Positions 37,803 to 47,590 of a DNA stretch of 48,937 nucleotides are shown piece after piece (within the stretch, counting starts at the first letter, position 1; each line of letters starts with the position of its first letter). Location: NCBI GenBank assembly GCA_944376135.1, contig CALWBS010000235.1:1-48937 (forward strand), written 5' to 3'. The position numbers and the translations under genes are program-made. The stretch is from an uncultured Enterocloster sp. Its GTDB lineage: Bacteria > Bacillota > Clostridia > Lachnospirales > Lachnospiraceae. Below the pieces are notes generated by a model. That model worked only from the letters and a program-made list of their open reading frames with translations. It was not told the origin of the DNA and searched no databases.

Positions 37803-37869
37803 TGTGCGCCCGGCGGGCGCACACGAAAACGCCGCTCTGCAGGCCGGCTGCCTGCGGGGCGGCGTTTTT
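37803..37869 (+). terminator. Tandem hairpins; second is an intrinsic, possibly bidirectional terminator
   Basis: TGTGCGCCC/GGGCGCACA (37803-37823) then AAAACGCCGCTCTGCAGGC/GCCTGCGGGGCGGCGTTTT (37826-37868). Confidence 0.85.
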
Positions 37870-37949
37870 GATGTTTTTTGAGTACGGGAAGTATTTGCAT
37901 TCTTATGGGAAAACTTATAATATATAAAAATATGATGAAGGATTATATT

Positions 37950-38957
37950 TTAATTTCCCGCCTGTCGCTTCATCTCCTCTCCAATTCCGCTTTCATCAAT
38001 CGTAGTGCGATAAGAGGACTCCTCTTCTTCCCACTTTGCCGCCATATCATCCGGCCCAAGATAATCCACAATATATCCCAAATCCTCTGCCGTCTTTACA
38101 AATTCCGGATCACTGATAATTCCTTTGAAGGCCTCTGTAAGTTTTGTCTTTATCTCGTCTGGCAGTTCTTTTTGTCCTACAACTCCAAACCAAGTAGCAC
38201 ACACCAGATCCACACCATTTTCTTTAAAAGTAGGGACATCGGGGAAATTCTCCAGTCGCTCATCCGTAGCCACAGCAAGAATTTTCACCGTATTATTGGC
38301 TGCATGGCTTTTCAGCTCTGAAATTTGTGTAAAACTCACCTGAACATTATTTCCCAAAAAAGCTGTCATAGAATCTGATCCACCCTGGAAAGGAACAGAC
38401 TCCATTTGTGCCCCTGTCTCCTTCACAAACATGGCGGATGCCACATGAGGCAGTGAGCCAACATTAGTATATGCATATTTTAATTCCCCCGGATGTTCCT
38501 TCGTATAGTCCACCAATTCCTGAAGTGTTTGTACTGGCGAATCCGCTAAAACTGCTACCGCTACCGGATTGGAAACTGCCTGTGCAATAGGATAAAATTC
38601 TTGTGTATAAGTATATTCGGTCCCTCCGTATAGAGGCTGTAAAATCATATTGGTCGCTGCTAGCCCCAACGTATATCCATCAGGCTCTGCCTGTACAATT
38701 TCATTATATCCTAGAACTCCACTTGCTCCATCTTTATTCTCTACAACCAAGGATTGTCCCAAATATTTTGAAGCCAGTTTCTCCATGGATCTTGCAGTCA
38801 AATCGGATGGTCCCCCCGCGGCCATAGGTACAATCACAGATACAGGACCGGTTGGATAATCTGCTGCATTCTGGTTGCTGCCTGTCTGACTACACCCGCT
38901 AACCAAAGCTACCGCCATCAAAGCCCCCATCATCTTTAAAATACTTTTTCTTTTCAT
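37950..38957 (-). CDS. tctC: Tripartite tricarboxylate transporter substrate-binding lipoprotein
   Basis: Lipobox VSGC; YPTGPVSVIVPMAAGGPSD, VENKDGASG, PDGYTL, PDVPTFKE. Confidence 0.92.
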   Translation of the reverse strand: MKRKSILKMMGALMAVALVSGCSQTGSNQNAADYPTGPVSVIVPMAAGGPSDLTARSMEKLASKYLGQSLVVENKDGASGVLGYNEIVQAEPDGYTLGLAATNMILQPLYGGTEYTYTQEFYPIAQAVSNPVAVAVLADSPVQTLQELVDYTKEHPGELKYAYTNVGSLPHVASAMFVKETGAQMESVPFQGGSDSMTAFLGNNVQVSFTQISELKSHAANNTVKILAVATDERLENFPDVPTFKENGVDLVCATWFGVVGQKELPDEIKTKLTEAFKGIISDPEFVKTAEDLGYIVDYLGPDDMAAKWEEEESSYRTTIDESGIGEEMKRQAGN

Positions 38958-38981
38958 CAACTTCTCCTCTCCCGGCATATT

Positions 38982-40481
38982 TTATACCGATTTTATCTTG
39001 TTTTTTCCAGACACTACTTGCTTCCATAAGGTAGCTATCAAAAGAAGAATTGCCGCTACCAAGATGACTCCCGATACAGGCCGCATAAAAAAGTAAATTG
39101 GATTCCCATCTCCCATTACCAGCCCCTGAATCAAACTTCTTTCAATAGTCGGTCCCAAAATAATGCCTATCGCCAAAGGGGCCGGAGGATAATCTGCTTC
39201 TTTGATTACAAATCCCATAAACCCAAAAAGTATCAAAACACCTACATCAAAGATACTGTTATTGGAGGCTAAAGCCCCCACAAATGTAATCGCAATAATC
39301 AAAGGGACTAAATATTCTTGAGGTGTTTTTAGGAGAGATGCAAAAACCCCTACAAATGGAAGATTAATCACTAAAAGCAGTACATTTCCAATGTACATGC
39401 TTGCCACCAATCCCCAAAATACTGCTGGATGGTCTGTAATCAGAGATGGCCCCGGCGTAATTCCATGAACTAGGAATCCGCTCAGCAGAATTGCGGCTGG
39501 GGGAGCAAATGGAAGTCCCAAGGATAAAAGAGGAACCATTGCCGCAGAACTGGCCGCATTATTTGCTGCTTCCGGTCCGGCTACTCCCTCTATAGCACCA
39601 TTTCCAAACTCTTCCGGATGGCGGCTAACCTTTTTTTCTACAGCATATGACAGAAACGTTGAGATTACAGCTGCAGGCCCCGGTATAAGTCCGCATAAAA
39701 ACCCCAAAATACTCCCTCGCAGAATAGGAGAGACAGAACGCCGCACTTCTTCTTTATTGGGATATAGATCTCGCAAGCGAACTTTTTCCATTTGAAGTTC
39801 ATGCTTTTCTTCATTCAGCATGCTGATAACTTCTCCCAATCCGAACACTCCCATAGCCACAAGCACAAAATCAATACCACGGCTCAATTCTCCTATGCCC
39901 AAAGTAAAACGATTGACACCAGTTAAAGGGTCCAAGCCAACTGTTCCGATTACTATCCCCAATAGCATCATCATAACCCCTTTTACCAGAGAACCAGACA
40001 GCAGTACCATAATAATCAAGCCCAAAAGTGCTATAGCAAGGTACTCCGGAGGCCCAAAAGCCAGTGCCGCTTGCGATATGGGAGGAGCAAACATGGTTAA
40101 AAGAACAATTCCTATAGTACCTGCTATAAAAGATCCCACCGCAGAAATAGCCAGTGCCGCTCCTCCTCTTCCCCTCTTCGCCATCTGGTATCCGTCCAAG
40201 CAGGTCATCACCGCGGAACTTTCTCCTGGAACATTCACCAAAATGGAAGTTGTGGAGCCTCCATACATTGATCCGTAATAGATACCGGCCAACATAATCA
40301 AAGCCGTGGTAGGTTCCATTCCAAAACTCAGCGGCAGTAGCAAAGCCATGGCGCTGGTAGATCCCAATCCCGGAAGAATGCCTGTGAGTGTTCCCACAAT
40401 GACGCCAAAAATGCAAGCCAGCATATTTGTCAAGGTAAAGCAGGCACAAAACCCTTCCCCAAGAGAAACTAAAATTTCCAT
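38982..40481 (-). CDS. tctA: Tripartite tricarboxylate transporter large subunit
   Basis: GILPGLG, YGGSTTSILVNVPG, GVAGPEAANN. Confidence 0.95.
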   Translation of the reverse strand: MEILVSLGEGFCACFTLTNMLACIFGVIVGTLTGILPGLGSTSAMALLLPLSFGMEPTTALIMLAGIYYGSMYGGSTTSILVNVPGESSAVMTCLDGYQMAKRGRGGAALAISAVGSFIAGTIGIVLLTMFAPPISQAALAFGPPEYLAIALLGLIIMVLLSGSLVKGVMMMLLGIVIGTVGLDPLTGVNRFTLGIGELSRGIDFVLVAMGVFGLGEVISMLNEEKHELQMEKVRLRDLYPNKEEVRRSVSPILRGSILGFLCGLIPGPAAVISTFLSYAVEKKVSRHPEEFGNGAIEGVAGPEAANNAASSAAMVPLLSLGLPFAPPAAILLSGFLVHGITPGPSLITDHPAVFWGLVASMYIGNVLLLVINLPFVGVFASLLKTPQEYLVPLIIAITFVGALASNNSIFDVGVLILFGFMGFVIKEADYPPAPLAIGIILGPTIERSLIQGLVMGDGNPIYFFMRPVSGVILVAAILLLIATLWKQVVSGKNKIKSV

Positions 40482-40531
40482 ACATCTCCTCCTTATTCGA
40501 CATATCGCATAAACTCTGTATCAAATATGCC

Positions 40532-40969
40532 TCAAGGCAGTCGCACCCGTAACAGCACGGCAAAAATATAGTAACTGGCACCGGAACACACTAACGAAAA
40601 AAGCAAAGGTTTTATCCAAGATTTAGCTCCGTATAGTTTTGCGCATAAAAGCAGCAGGATACAGGTAGAAATTACATAACCAGCAATCCCCAAAACCACC
40701 ATGTACATACAGACAATAAGAAGAAGGAGACCTGTTTGAAGCCAATGTATCTGCATTTTCTCTTGTTCTCCCTGCCTTTTAATCTCTCGGATTATCTGAA
40801 TCAGTGAGAATATTGCAAGCAGACCTCCGGCAAGCATTGGAAGAAATCCAACGCCGGGCCTTCTCATGGTGCCTAAATACAGTTTTCTTCCCAGGATCAA
40901 ATATATGATGCTGAATAGGCATACACACGCGGGGAATATAACCTTAACACCCGGTAATACTCTTTTCAT
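40532..40969 (-). CDS. tctB: Tripartite tricarboxylate transporter small subunit
   Basis: PGVGFLP motif, four TM helices, C-terminal LRVRLP; adjacent to tctA. Confidence 0.88.
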   Translation of the reverse strand: MKRVLPGVKVIFPACVCLFSIIYLILGRKLYLGTMRRPGVGFLPMLAGGLLAIFSLIQIIREIKRQGEQEKMQIHWLQTGLLLLIVCMYMVVLGIAGYVISTCILLLLCAKLYGAKSWIKPLLFSLVCSGASYYIFAVLLRVRLP

Positions 40970-40978
40970 AACTACCTC

Positions 40979-42412
40979 CTAAAAATTCTTATTGTATATG
41001 GAATATCCTTTTGCTGTTTTTTTCTTCCCCGGGCCTATAGGCGCAATCTGCAAAGGTGCATACTCAGCATCTGCAAGGCTTTCATCCCCGCTGTCTTTTA
41101 CCAGCTCCCACATTTGAGCACAAAGGGCCTGTTTCTTCTCTGCATATTCTAAGCTATCAGCGAGATTTTCCATTTCCCAAGGGTCTCTGGAAAGATCATA
41201 AAGTTCGTCCTGTGCAAAAGCATTGAAAACATATTTCATATTAGCAGACCAGTAAATTCTTTGTGTAAAGGCATATCTCTGTCCAAAAAATTCTGCAAAA
41301 CAAAAATGTCCGTCTTTTTTTTGGCCCTGTATCCAGGGCACCATAGAGGAACCTATCCAATCCCCTTTTAATTTTCTGCATCCTGTTAAATCTAATACTG
41401 TTGGCCCGATCTCCCAAGTATTAATATAAAATCCGAGTGTGCTTCCTGCCATTTTTTCTCCAGGCAGTTTCATAATCAATGGAATTCTGTAGACCTCTTC
41501 AAAGGGCGGTACGCTTTTCATCATCATTCTATGTGCGCCCATCAAATCCCCATGATCGGAAAGACATACAATAAGTGTATTACCATATTCACCCGTTTCT
41601 TTTAGATAGCTAATCAGCCTCCCAATTTCTACATCTACCAATGTACAGTAGCTGTAATAACAGCGAATTGTTTTTTTGAAATCCTCTTCCGAAAGTTCTT
41701 GAAATGCTTTTTGCATACGCCTATATATCTCAGGCCGTTTCTCTAAAGAATCATGAAAGCTTGGTGGCAGTTCTATCTCTGTTTGATCGTAAAGGGAATA
41801 AATTTCTTTTGGCACACAGTAGGGGTCATGAGGCGCATACGTAGAAACAAATACACAAAATGGCTTTCCTTTCTTTCTGCTTTCCTCAATTGATTCCATT
41901 GCCTTTTCATAAATATAATGTTCTTCTGTTTGATCCTCCCCCTCCTCAAATATACCACACACCATTTTCTCCGAATATCCAGAATTAGCCAGTGTCACGC
42001 GGTCACAGACAGATACCTGAAAAGTCGGAATATGAATTTCCGTCTCATATTTTTTAATTCCAAATTTTTCTAATTTGTGCGTCCGTTCTACGTGCCATTT
42101 TCCATAATAAAAAACATCGTATCCACTGTCACAAAAGGCCTGAGTAATAGTATCCAGCTTTTCATCGAACTTTGCCCGATATGAAGGAACTGTATGAGTA
42201 CAATCTATCATCCCATGAATATGGGGAAGTGTTCCCGTCAGCAGGGAAGCCCGGGAAGGAGAGCAGACTGCATTGCATGTGTGGGCATTGGCAAAAACAA
42301 TGCTATCCCTCATAAGTTTTCTTAAATTAGGCATTTTACATACGGATGTTTCCCAAATTACCTGCTGCTGCATCTGATCCTGAATTAAAAAAATAACATT
42401 GGGCTTTTCCAT
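40979..42412 (-). CDS. Formylglycine-dependent (S1) sulfatase
   Basis: PNVIFLIQDQ, CSPSRASLLTG, GKWH, APHDPY, SDHGD, ELYDL...DPWE; no signal peptide. Confidence 0.92.
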   Translation of the reverse strand: MEKPNVIFLIQDQMQQQVIWETSVCKMPNLRKLMRDSIVFANAHTCNAVCSPSRASLLTGTLPHIHGMIDCTHTVPSYRAKFDEKLDTITQAFCDSGYDVFYYGKWHVERTHKLEKFGIKKYETEIHIPTFQVSVCDRVTLANSGYSEKMVCGIFEEGEDQTEEHYIYEKAMESIEESRKKGKPFCVFVSTYAPHDPYCVPKEIYSLYDQTEIELPPSFHDSLEKRPEIYRRMQKAFQELSEEDFKKTIRCYYSYCTLVDVEIGRLISYLKETGEYGNTLIVCLSDHGDLMGAHRMMMKSVPPFEEVYRIPLIMKLPGEKMAGSTLGFYINTWEIGPTVLDLTGCRKLKGDWIGSSMVPWIQGQKKDGHFCFAEFFGQRYAFTQRIYWSANMKYVFNAFAQDELYDLSRDPWEMENLADSLEYAEKKQALCAQMWELVKDSGDESLADAEYAPLQIAPIGPGKKKTAKGYSIYNKNF

Positions 42413-42436
42413 GAAAACATATCCTTCCTCTAAAAT

Positions 42437-43432
42437 CTATATAGTACTCTCCCGTATGATAAGTCCGCAGGGAAGCAGAACACTTTCCGCAGGCTGCCGG
42501 TTCAGCATATTCAGCATCAGTCCTGCTGCTGCCTTCCCACTCTCATCAATTTTATTATCAATTGATGTCAGGGGCGGCCAGCATTCTTTTGCACTATTTG
42601 AATTATTAAAGCCAATAACTGAAACTTGCTCTGGAATCCGAACTCCTCTACTATGCAACGTATGGACTCCTCCTACGGCCAGGAGATCGCTGGAGTAGAT
42701 GATAGCCTCTACTTTGGGGAATTGATCCAAAAGGGCTGCAGTAGCTGCTTTCCCTTCTTCAAGGGACTTTGCCTCCGTTTCCATTAAATAAATGGGTTCT
42801 AGCTTACACTCTTTTATTCCATCCATAAATCCCTCATACTTTCTCCTATCTGATGGAGATTTGTTGGAATAAATCCATCCAATCCTCCGTTTTCCCCTAT
42901 CATAAAGAAAACGGACTGCATCCCGCGTCCCCTGACGCTGATTCTGCATTACCTCCCGTACATTAGGCAAAGAAAAGTTGGCATTAACTGTCACAAAAGG
43001 GATCCCTGAATATCTCCGTTCAATAGCAATTTTGCAGATACTTTGTTCAAATACAGAGCCCATTAGGACAACTCCATTTACCCGCTTTTCAATCAAATTA
43101 TCTACCTGGCTAATAAAACTGCCCTCCACATCTGCCATATTGCAGAGAATGGTGTTCAATTTCCATTTTTCCAGTTCTTGATTCACCGTATACGTCATCT
43201 CTGACATATATGTATGACGTATATCATCTGTCAGTAAACCCACCGCAAACAGTTCCCTTTGTACAAAATTCCTGGCTGCCTGCCTTGGAATATAGTGATA
43301 CTCTTGTATAATAGCTTCTACTTTCTCTCTGGTCTCCTGATTTACATTCGTATTTCCATTAAGCACCCTGGAAACCGTTGTGATGGATACACCAGCCAGC
43401 TTTGAAATATCATAAATTGTCAGTCTTTGCAT
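42437..43432 (-). CDS. LacI family transcriptional regulator
   Basis: TIYDISKLAGVSITTVSRVLN HTH; IPEQVSVIGF, PPLTSI. Confidence 0.95.
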   Translation of the reverse strand: MQRLTIYDISKLAGVSITTVSRVLNGNTNVNQETREKVEAIIQEYHYIPRQAARNFVQRELFAVGLLTDDIRHTYMSEMTYTVNQELEKWKLNTILCNMADVEGSFISQVDNLIEKRVNGVVLMGSVFEQSICKIAIERRYSGIPFVTVNANFSLPNVREVMQNQRQGTRDAVRFLYDRGKRRIGWIYSNKSPSDRRKYEGFMDGIKECKLEPIYLMETEAKSLEEGKAATAALLDQFPKVEAIIYSSDLLAVGGVHTLHSRGVRIPEQVSVIGFNNSNSAKECWPPLTSIDNKIDESGKAAAGLMLNMLNRQPAESVLLPCGLIIRESTI

Positions 43433-43473
43433 AAATTCTCCTTATAAGGAATGTACTAAGGCCTTATATTTTG

Positions 43474-43503
43474 ATTATATCTGTGACGCTTCCATGAAAG
43501 CAA
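43474..43503 (-). promoter_or_regulatory. Promoter of the lacI-sulfatase-tct operon with LacI/cre-type site
   Basis: Minus strand TTGCTT (43503-43498), 18 nt, TATAAT (43479-43474); TGGAAGCGTCACA in the spacer resembles TGNAANCGNTNNCA. Confidence 0.6.
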
Positions 43504-43607
43504 CACCGCCCTTGCTTTCATCTTCTCATTTTTCCCATATAGTTTTGTATATATTGTACAAAAAGCGCAGGCCTTAACAGCCTGCGCTCTCAAATCACAT
43601 ACTCTCG

Positions 43608-44510
43608 TTATCTCTTCTTTCTCTTCCTCCCCGCATTCCGATAATTTGCACAAAGGTTCACCACCACCGCGCACAAAATACACACCAGCCCCCCTACCTG
43701 CTTCGCCGTCACGCTCTCATGGAGAATAATAATCCCGAACACCAGCGCGGAAGCTGGTTCAAAAGTACACAGGATACCTGCGGACACGGGCTGCACCTTC
43801 CGCATACCAAGCTGAAACAGGCCGTATCCCACCACCCGGTGCAGAATACTTACCGCAACGATAATCAGCCAGGCCCACCAGATGGTATACGTTCTCAGCT
43901 GCCCCGTGAAAAGGCAGGCCGCCAGGGACATAATCATATTCATAAGGGCTATGTAAAAGTTAACCAGGGAAGTATTCAGTTCGCTGAGCCCTGACCTCTG
44001 CAGATAAATGATGTAAAAGGCCCAGAAGCCGCCGGACACCAGCGCCAGGATCACCCCGGTAAAGCTGGCCTGGGACATATCCGCCACGCCAATCAAAACC
44101 ACGCCGCAGGTTGCCAAAAAGAGGGCAATTCCATTCCCCAGGGAAAACCTCTCCCCAAAAAACAGAGTCATAGCTGCCGCTATAAGCATGGGATACACAA
44201 AATGCAGGGTGGTTGCCACTCCCACCGGAATGAAGCTGTAGGATGACCACAAAAGAAGCGTGGTGCAGGCACTGGCACATGCCAGTACGAGAAGCTTTGC
44301 AAAAACAGCCCGCTCCGGAATCAAGGACACTTTGCTCCTGCGCGCCATGAATGCCAGGGAAAACAGGGCTAAAAACGATGAGTAAAATCCCGTCAAAAGT
44401 CCGCTTCCCCCATAAGGAAAGGTTATTTTCTGCAGAGTGGGCACAAGCCCGAAAATCAAGTTTCCTGTTATCAGCGCGCCCACACACATAAGCTGTTCTT
44501 TGTTCTTCAT
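43608..44510 (-). CDS. DMT/EamA family transporter
   Basis: Ten TM helices in two repeats; IPVGVATTLHFVYP and AGILCTFEPAS...LHE motifs. Confidence 0.9.
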   Translation of the reverse strand: MKNKEQLMCVGALITGNLIFGLVPTLQKITFPYGGSGLLTGFYSSFLALFSLAFMARRSKVSLIPERAVFAKLLVLACASACTTLLLWSSYSFIPVGVATTLHFVYPMLIAAAMTLFFGERFSLGNGIALFLATCGVVLIGVADMSQASFTGVILALVSGGFWAFYIIYLQRSGLSELNTSLVNFYIALMNMIMSLAACLFTGQLRTYTIWWAWLIIVAVSILHRVVGYGLFQLGMRKVQPVSAGILCTFEPASALVFGIIILHESVTAKQVGGLVCILCAVVVNLCANYRNAGRKRKKR

Positions 44511-44643
44511 TGGTATCCCCTCCGACGCATAAATCTTACGTCATTGTAGCAATTTAATGAAATAAAATCAATCGATAGAATTGTGTTTTTATAAATTTCT
44601 GCTATGATTAAGGAAGCACAGACAGTTAAAGGAGACGCATATT

Positions 44644-46389
44644 ATGTCATCAAACAAAAACACGCAAAACACCAGGCCCAGGCGGGATTTCACAAAGCTG
44701 AAAACCCCGCATACTTATGCCATCATCTTCTTTGTGGTAGTGGCCTGCTGGATTCTCACCTTCCTGATTCCTGCGGGAAAATTCAGCACCCACACCATCG
44801 AATATCTGGACTCGGACGGGCAGACCAGCACCCGAACCGTCCTCATGGCCGATACATTCCGCTACAGCTATAACCTGGACACGGAAGCCGTGCGGCAGCA
44901 TCTCACGGATATGAGCCGGGATGCGGCGCTGATGGAAGAGCTGGGCGTGGATTCTGAGGCTCTGAACGCCTTTCTCGCAACGGACTCATCTTCCTGGACT
45001 CAGGAGGACTTGAACGGGCTGGGCCTCACGGACGATGTGCTCTACAGCCAGTATGGGGAATCCATCTACGATACCAGCGAAAAACTTCACAAAATCGCCG
45101 GCGTATGGGGCACCGAGGATTTCGGCGGCTTCGGCTTTCTAAACTATGTATTTGAGGGCCTTGTGACCGGAGACCGCTCCGGCTCAGCCGTGGGAATCTG
45201 CGCCCTCATCCTGGTGGTCGGCGGTTCCTTCGGAATCATCATGAAAACAGGGGCCATTGACGCGGGAATCTATGCATGTATCCAGCGCTCCACGGGCCAT
45301 GGGCGCCTGGGGCTTGCCCGGATCTTTATGCTGTTCTCCCTGGGCGGAGCCACCTTCGGCATGGCGGAGGAATGCATTCCTTTTTCCATGATTATGGTAC
45401 CCTTTGTCATCGCTCTGGGATACGATTCCATCGTAGCCGTGGTAGTCACCTACGTGGCCTCCCAGGTAGGCAACGCGGCCTCCTGGATGAGCCCCTTCTC
45501 CGTAGCCGTGGCCCAGGGAATTGCAGGGATTCCCGTTCTCTCCGGAGCGGGCTTCCGCCTCGGCCTTTGGGTCGTCATCACCCTGGCATCTGCCGCTTAC
45601 ATGATGGTCTATGCGGAGCGGGTGCGCAAAAACCCTTCCCGCTCCGTTATGTACGAAAGCGACGCCCTGTTCCGTGACCGCTTAAACACCGTATCCGATG
45701 AGACGCGGGAGTTTAATCTGGGGCACAAGCTGATTCTTCTGGAAATGCTGGCAGTGCTCATCTGGATTATCTGGGGCGTGACCCAGAAGGGGTATTATAT
45801 CCCTGAAATTGCCTCCCAGTTCTTTGTCATGGGCTTTGCCGCGGGCGTCACCGCCATCCTCTTTCAATTAAACGGCATGACCATCAACTCTATGGCCTCT
45901 GCCTTCCAGGGAGGCGTGGCGGACCTGGCGGGAACCGCCGTAGTCGTCGGCATGGCAAAGGGAATTCTCCTTGTTTTGGGCGGCTCGGACGCAAATACCT
46001 ACTCTACCCTGAACACCATCCTCTACGGAATCAGCACCGCCCTTCACGGCGTACCCGCCTTCATCGGCGCGGAATTTATGTACCTGTTCCAGAGCTGCTT
46101 TAACCTGTTCGTCACCTCCAACTCCGGCCAGGCCGCCCTGACCATGCCCATTATGGCTCCCCTGGCGGATTTGGTCGGCGTATCCCGCCAGATCGCCGTC
46201 CTCGCCTTCCAGCTGGGCGCCGGATTCGTGGACGCCTTTACCCCCGTATCTGCCAGCCTGATCGGCGTGCTGGGCGTGGCCCGGATTGAGTGGGGAAAAT
46301 GGGCCCGGTTCCAGATTAAAATGCAGGGCTTCTTCTTTATTCTGGGAACCGCCGCCATCGCCGTGGCCATTGCCGTCAATCTTCAATAA
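44644..46389 (+). CDS. yfcC: YfcC-family transporter (putative basic amino acid/dipeptide antiporter)
   Basis: PHTYAII, GATFGMAEE, PFSVAVAQGIA, SGQAALTMPIMAPL; paired with iadA. Confidence 0.88.
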   Translation: MSSNKNTQNTRPRRDFTKLKTPHTYAIIFFVVVACWILTFLIPAGKFSTHTIEYLDSDGQTSTRTVLMADTFRYSYNLDTEAVRQHLTDMSRDAALMEELGVDSEALNAFLATDSSSWTQEDLNGLGLTDDVLYSQYGESIYDTSEKLHKIAGVWGTEDFGGFGFLNYVFEGLVTGDRSGSAVGICALILVVGGSFGIIMKTGAIDAGIYACIQRSTGHGRLGLARIFMLFSLGGATFGMAEECIPFSMIMVPFVIALGYDSIVAVVVTYVASQVGNAASWMSPFSVAVAQGIAGIPVLSGAGFRLGLWVVITLASAAYMMVYAERVRKNPSRSVMYESDALFRDRLNTVSDETREFNLGHKLILLEMLAVLIWIIWGVTQKGYYIPEIASQFFVMGFAAGVTAILFQLNGMTINSMASAFQGGVADLAGTAVVVGMAKGILLVLGGSDANTYSTLNTILYGISTALHGVPAFIGAEFMYLFQSCFNLFVTSNSGQAALTMPIMAPLADLVGVSRQIAVLAFQLGAGFVDAFTPVSASLIGVLGVARIEWGKWARFQIKMQGFFFILGTAAIAVAIAVNLQ

Positions 46390-46419
46390 CTTTAAAACTT
46401 TAATGAAGGGAGATTTCAT

Positions 46420-47586
46420 ATGATAACAATTATCAGAAATGCAAGGGTATATCAGCCGGAATATGTCGGCGTAAAAGATGTAATGCTGATCGGCACCCGG
46501 ATTGGAGCTCTGGGAGAAAATTTAAAAGCAGATTTGGGAGGAGCTGTACCGGTAGATGAGATTGACGGCACCGGTCTGCTCCTGATTCCCGGTCTCATTG
46601 ACAGCCACGAACATATCATGGGCGGCGGCGGGGAAGGCGGATTCCACACCCGTACCCCGGAAGCCAGCCTGACAGACCTGACCATGAACGGGGTAACAAC
46701 CGTAGTCGGCTGCATCGGCACCGATGGCGTGGCCCGGAATATGGAGGCTCTTCTGGCAAAGGCCCATGCCCTGGAAGAGGAGGGGGTTACTACCTATGTA
46801 TACACCGGCTCTTACCAGGTACCCGTACACACCGTCACTGGGGATGTGATGCGGGATATCATGCTTCTCGACAAAGTTATCGGCGTGGGAGAAATCGCCA
46901 TATCCGATCACCGCTCCTCCCAACCCACCTTTGAGGAATTCGTTCGGATTGCCTCAGACATCCGCGTAGGCGGTATGCTCTCGGGCAAAGCAGGAATTGT
47001 AAATGTCCATATGGGAGACGGTTCCCGGATGATGGATTTCATCTGGCGCACCGTGCGGGAAACCGAGATTCCTTTCTCTCAGTTTCTGCCCACCCATATA
47101 GGCCGAAATGCAGCCCTCTTTGAATCCGCCCTGGAATTTGCCAAAGCCGGAGGAACCATTGATTTTACAGGAAGCCTGGACGATGACGACGCAGTGCCGG
47201 TATACAAGGGAATTCCCCGTCTCCTGGACGCAGGTGTGTGCGGCGATAACTTCACCATTTCTTCCGACGGCCAGGGAAGCCTTCCTATCTTCAACGACAA
47301 AGGAGAATTTCAGGGCCTGGGCGTTGGGAACGCCTCCTGTCTGTTAAAAGAGCTGCGGGAATTAGTAAACCGGGCTGGTCTTCCCCTGGAGCTTGCACTT
47401 AAACCGCTGACCGCCAACCCTGCCCGCATCTTAAAATTGAATCGTAAGGGCCGCATTCTGCCGGGATATGACGGGGATCTCTGTCTGCTTTGCGAAAATG
47501 ACTTAAGTCTCCACACAGTCATCGCCAAGGGACAGCTCATGGTGTCTGAAGGCAGACCCGTGGTAAAGGGCACCTTTGACCGCTAA
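46420..47586 (+). CDS. iadA: Isoaspartyl dipeptidase (beta-aspartyl peptidase)
   Basis: DSHEHIMGGGGEGG, GCIGTDG, GEIAISDHRSS, SSDGQGSLP. Confidence 0.95.
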   Translation: MITIIRNARVYQPEYVGVKDVMLIGTRIGALGENLKADLGGAVPVDEIDGTGLLLIPGLIDSHEHIMGGGGEGGFHTRTPEASLTDLTMNGVTTVVGCIGTDGVARNMEALLAKAHALEEEGVTTYVYTGSYQVPVHTVTGDVMRDIMLLDKVIGVGEIAISDHRSSQPTFEEFVRIASDIRVGGMLSGKAGIVNVHMGDGSRMMDFIWRTVRETEIPFSQFLPTHIGRNAALFESALEFAKAGGTIDFTGSLDDDDAVPVYKGIPRLLDAGVCGDNFTISSDGQGSLPIFNDKGEFQGLGVGNASCLLKELRELVNRAGLPLELALKPLTANPARILKLNRKGRILPGYDGDLCLLCENDLSLHTVIAKGQLMVSEGRPVVKGTFDR

Positions 47587-47590
47587 ACGC

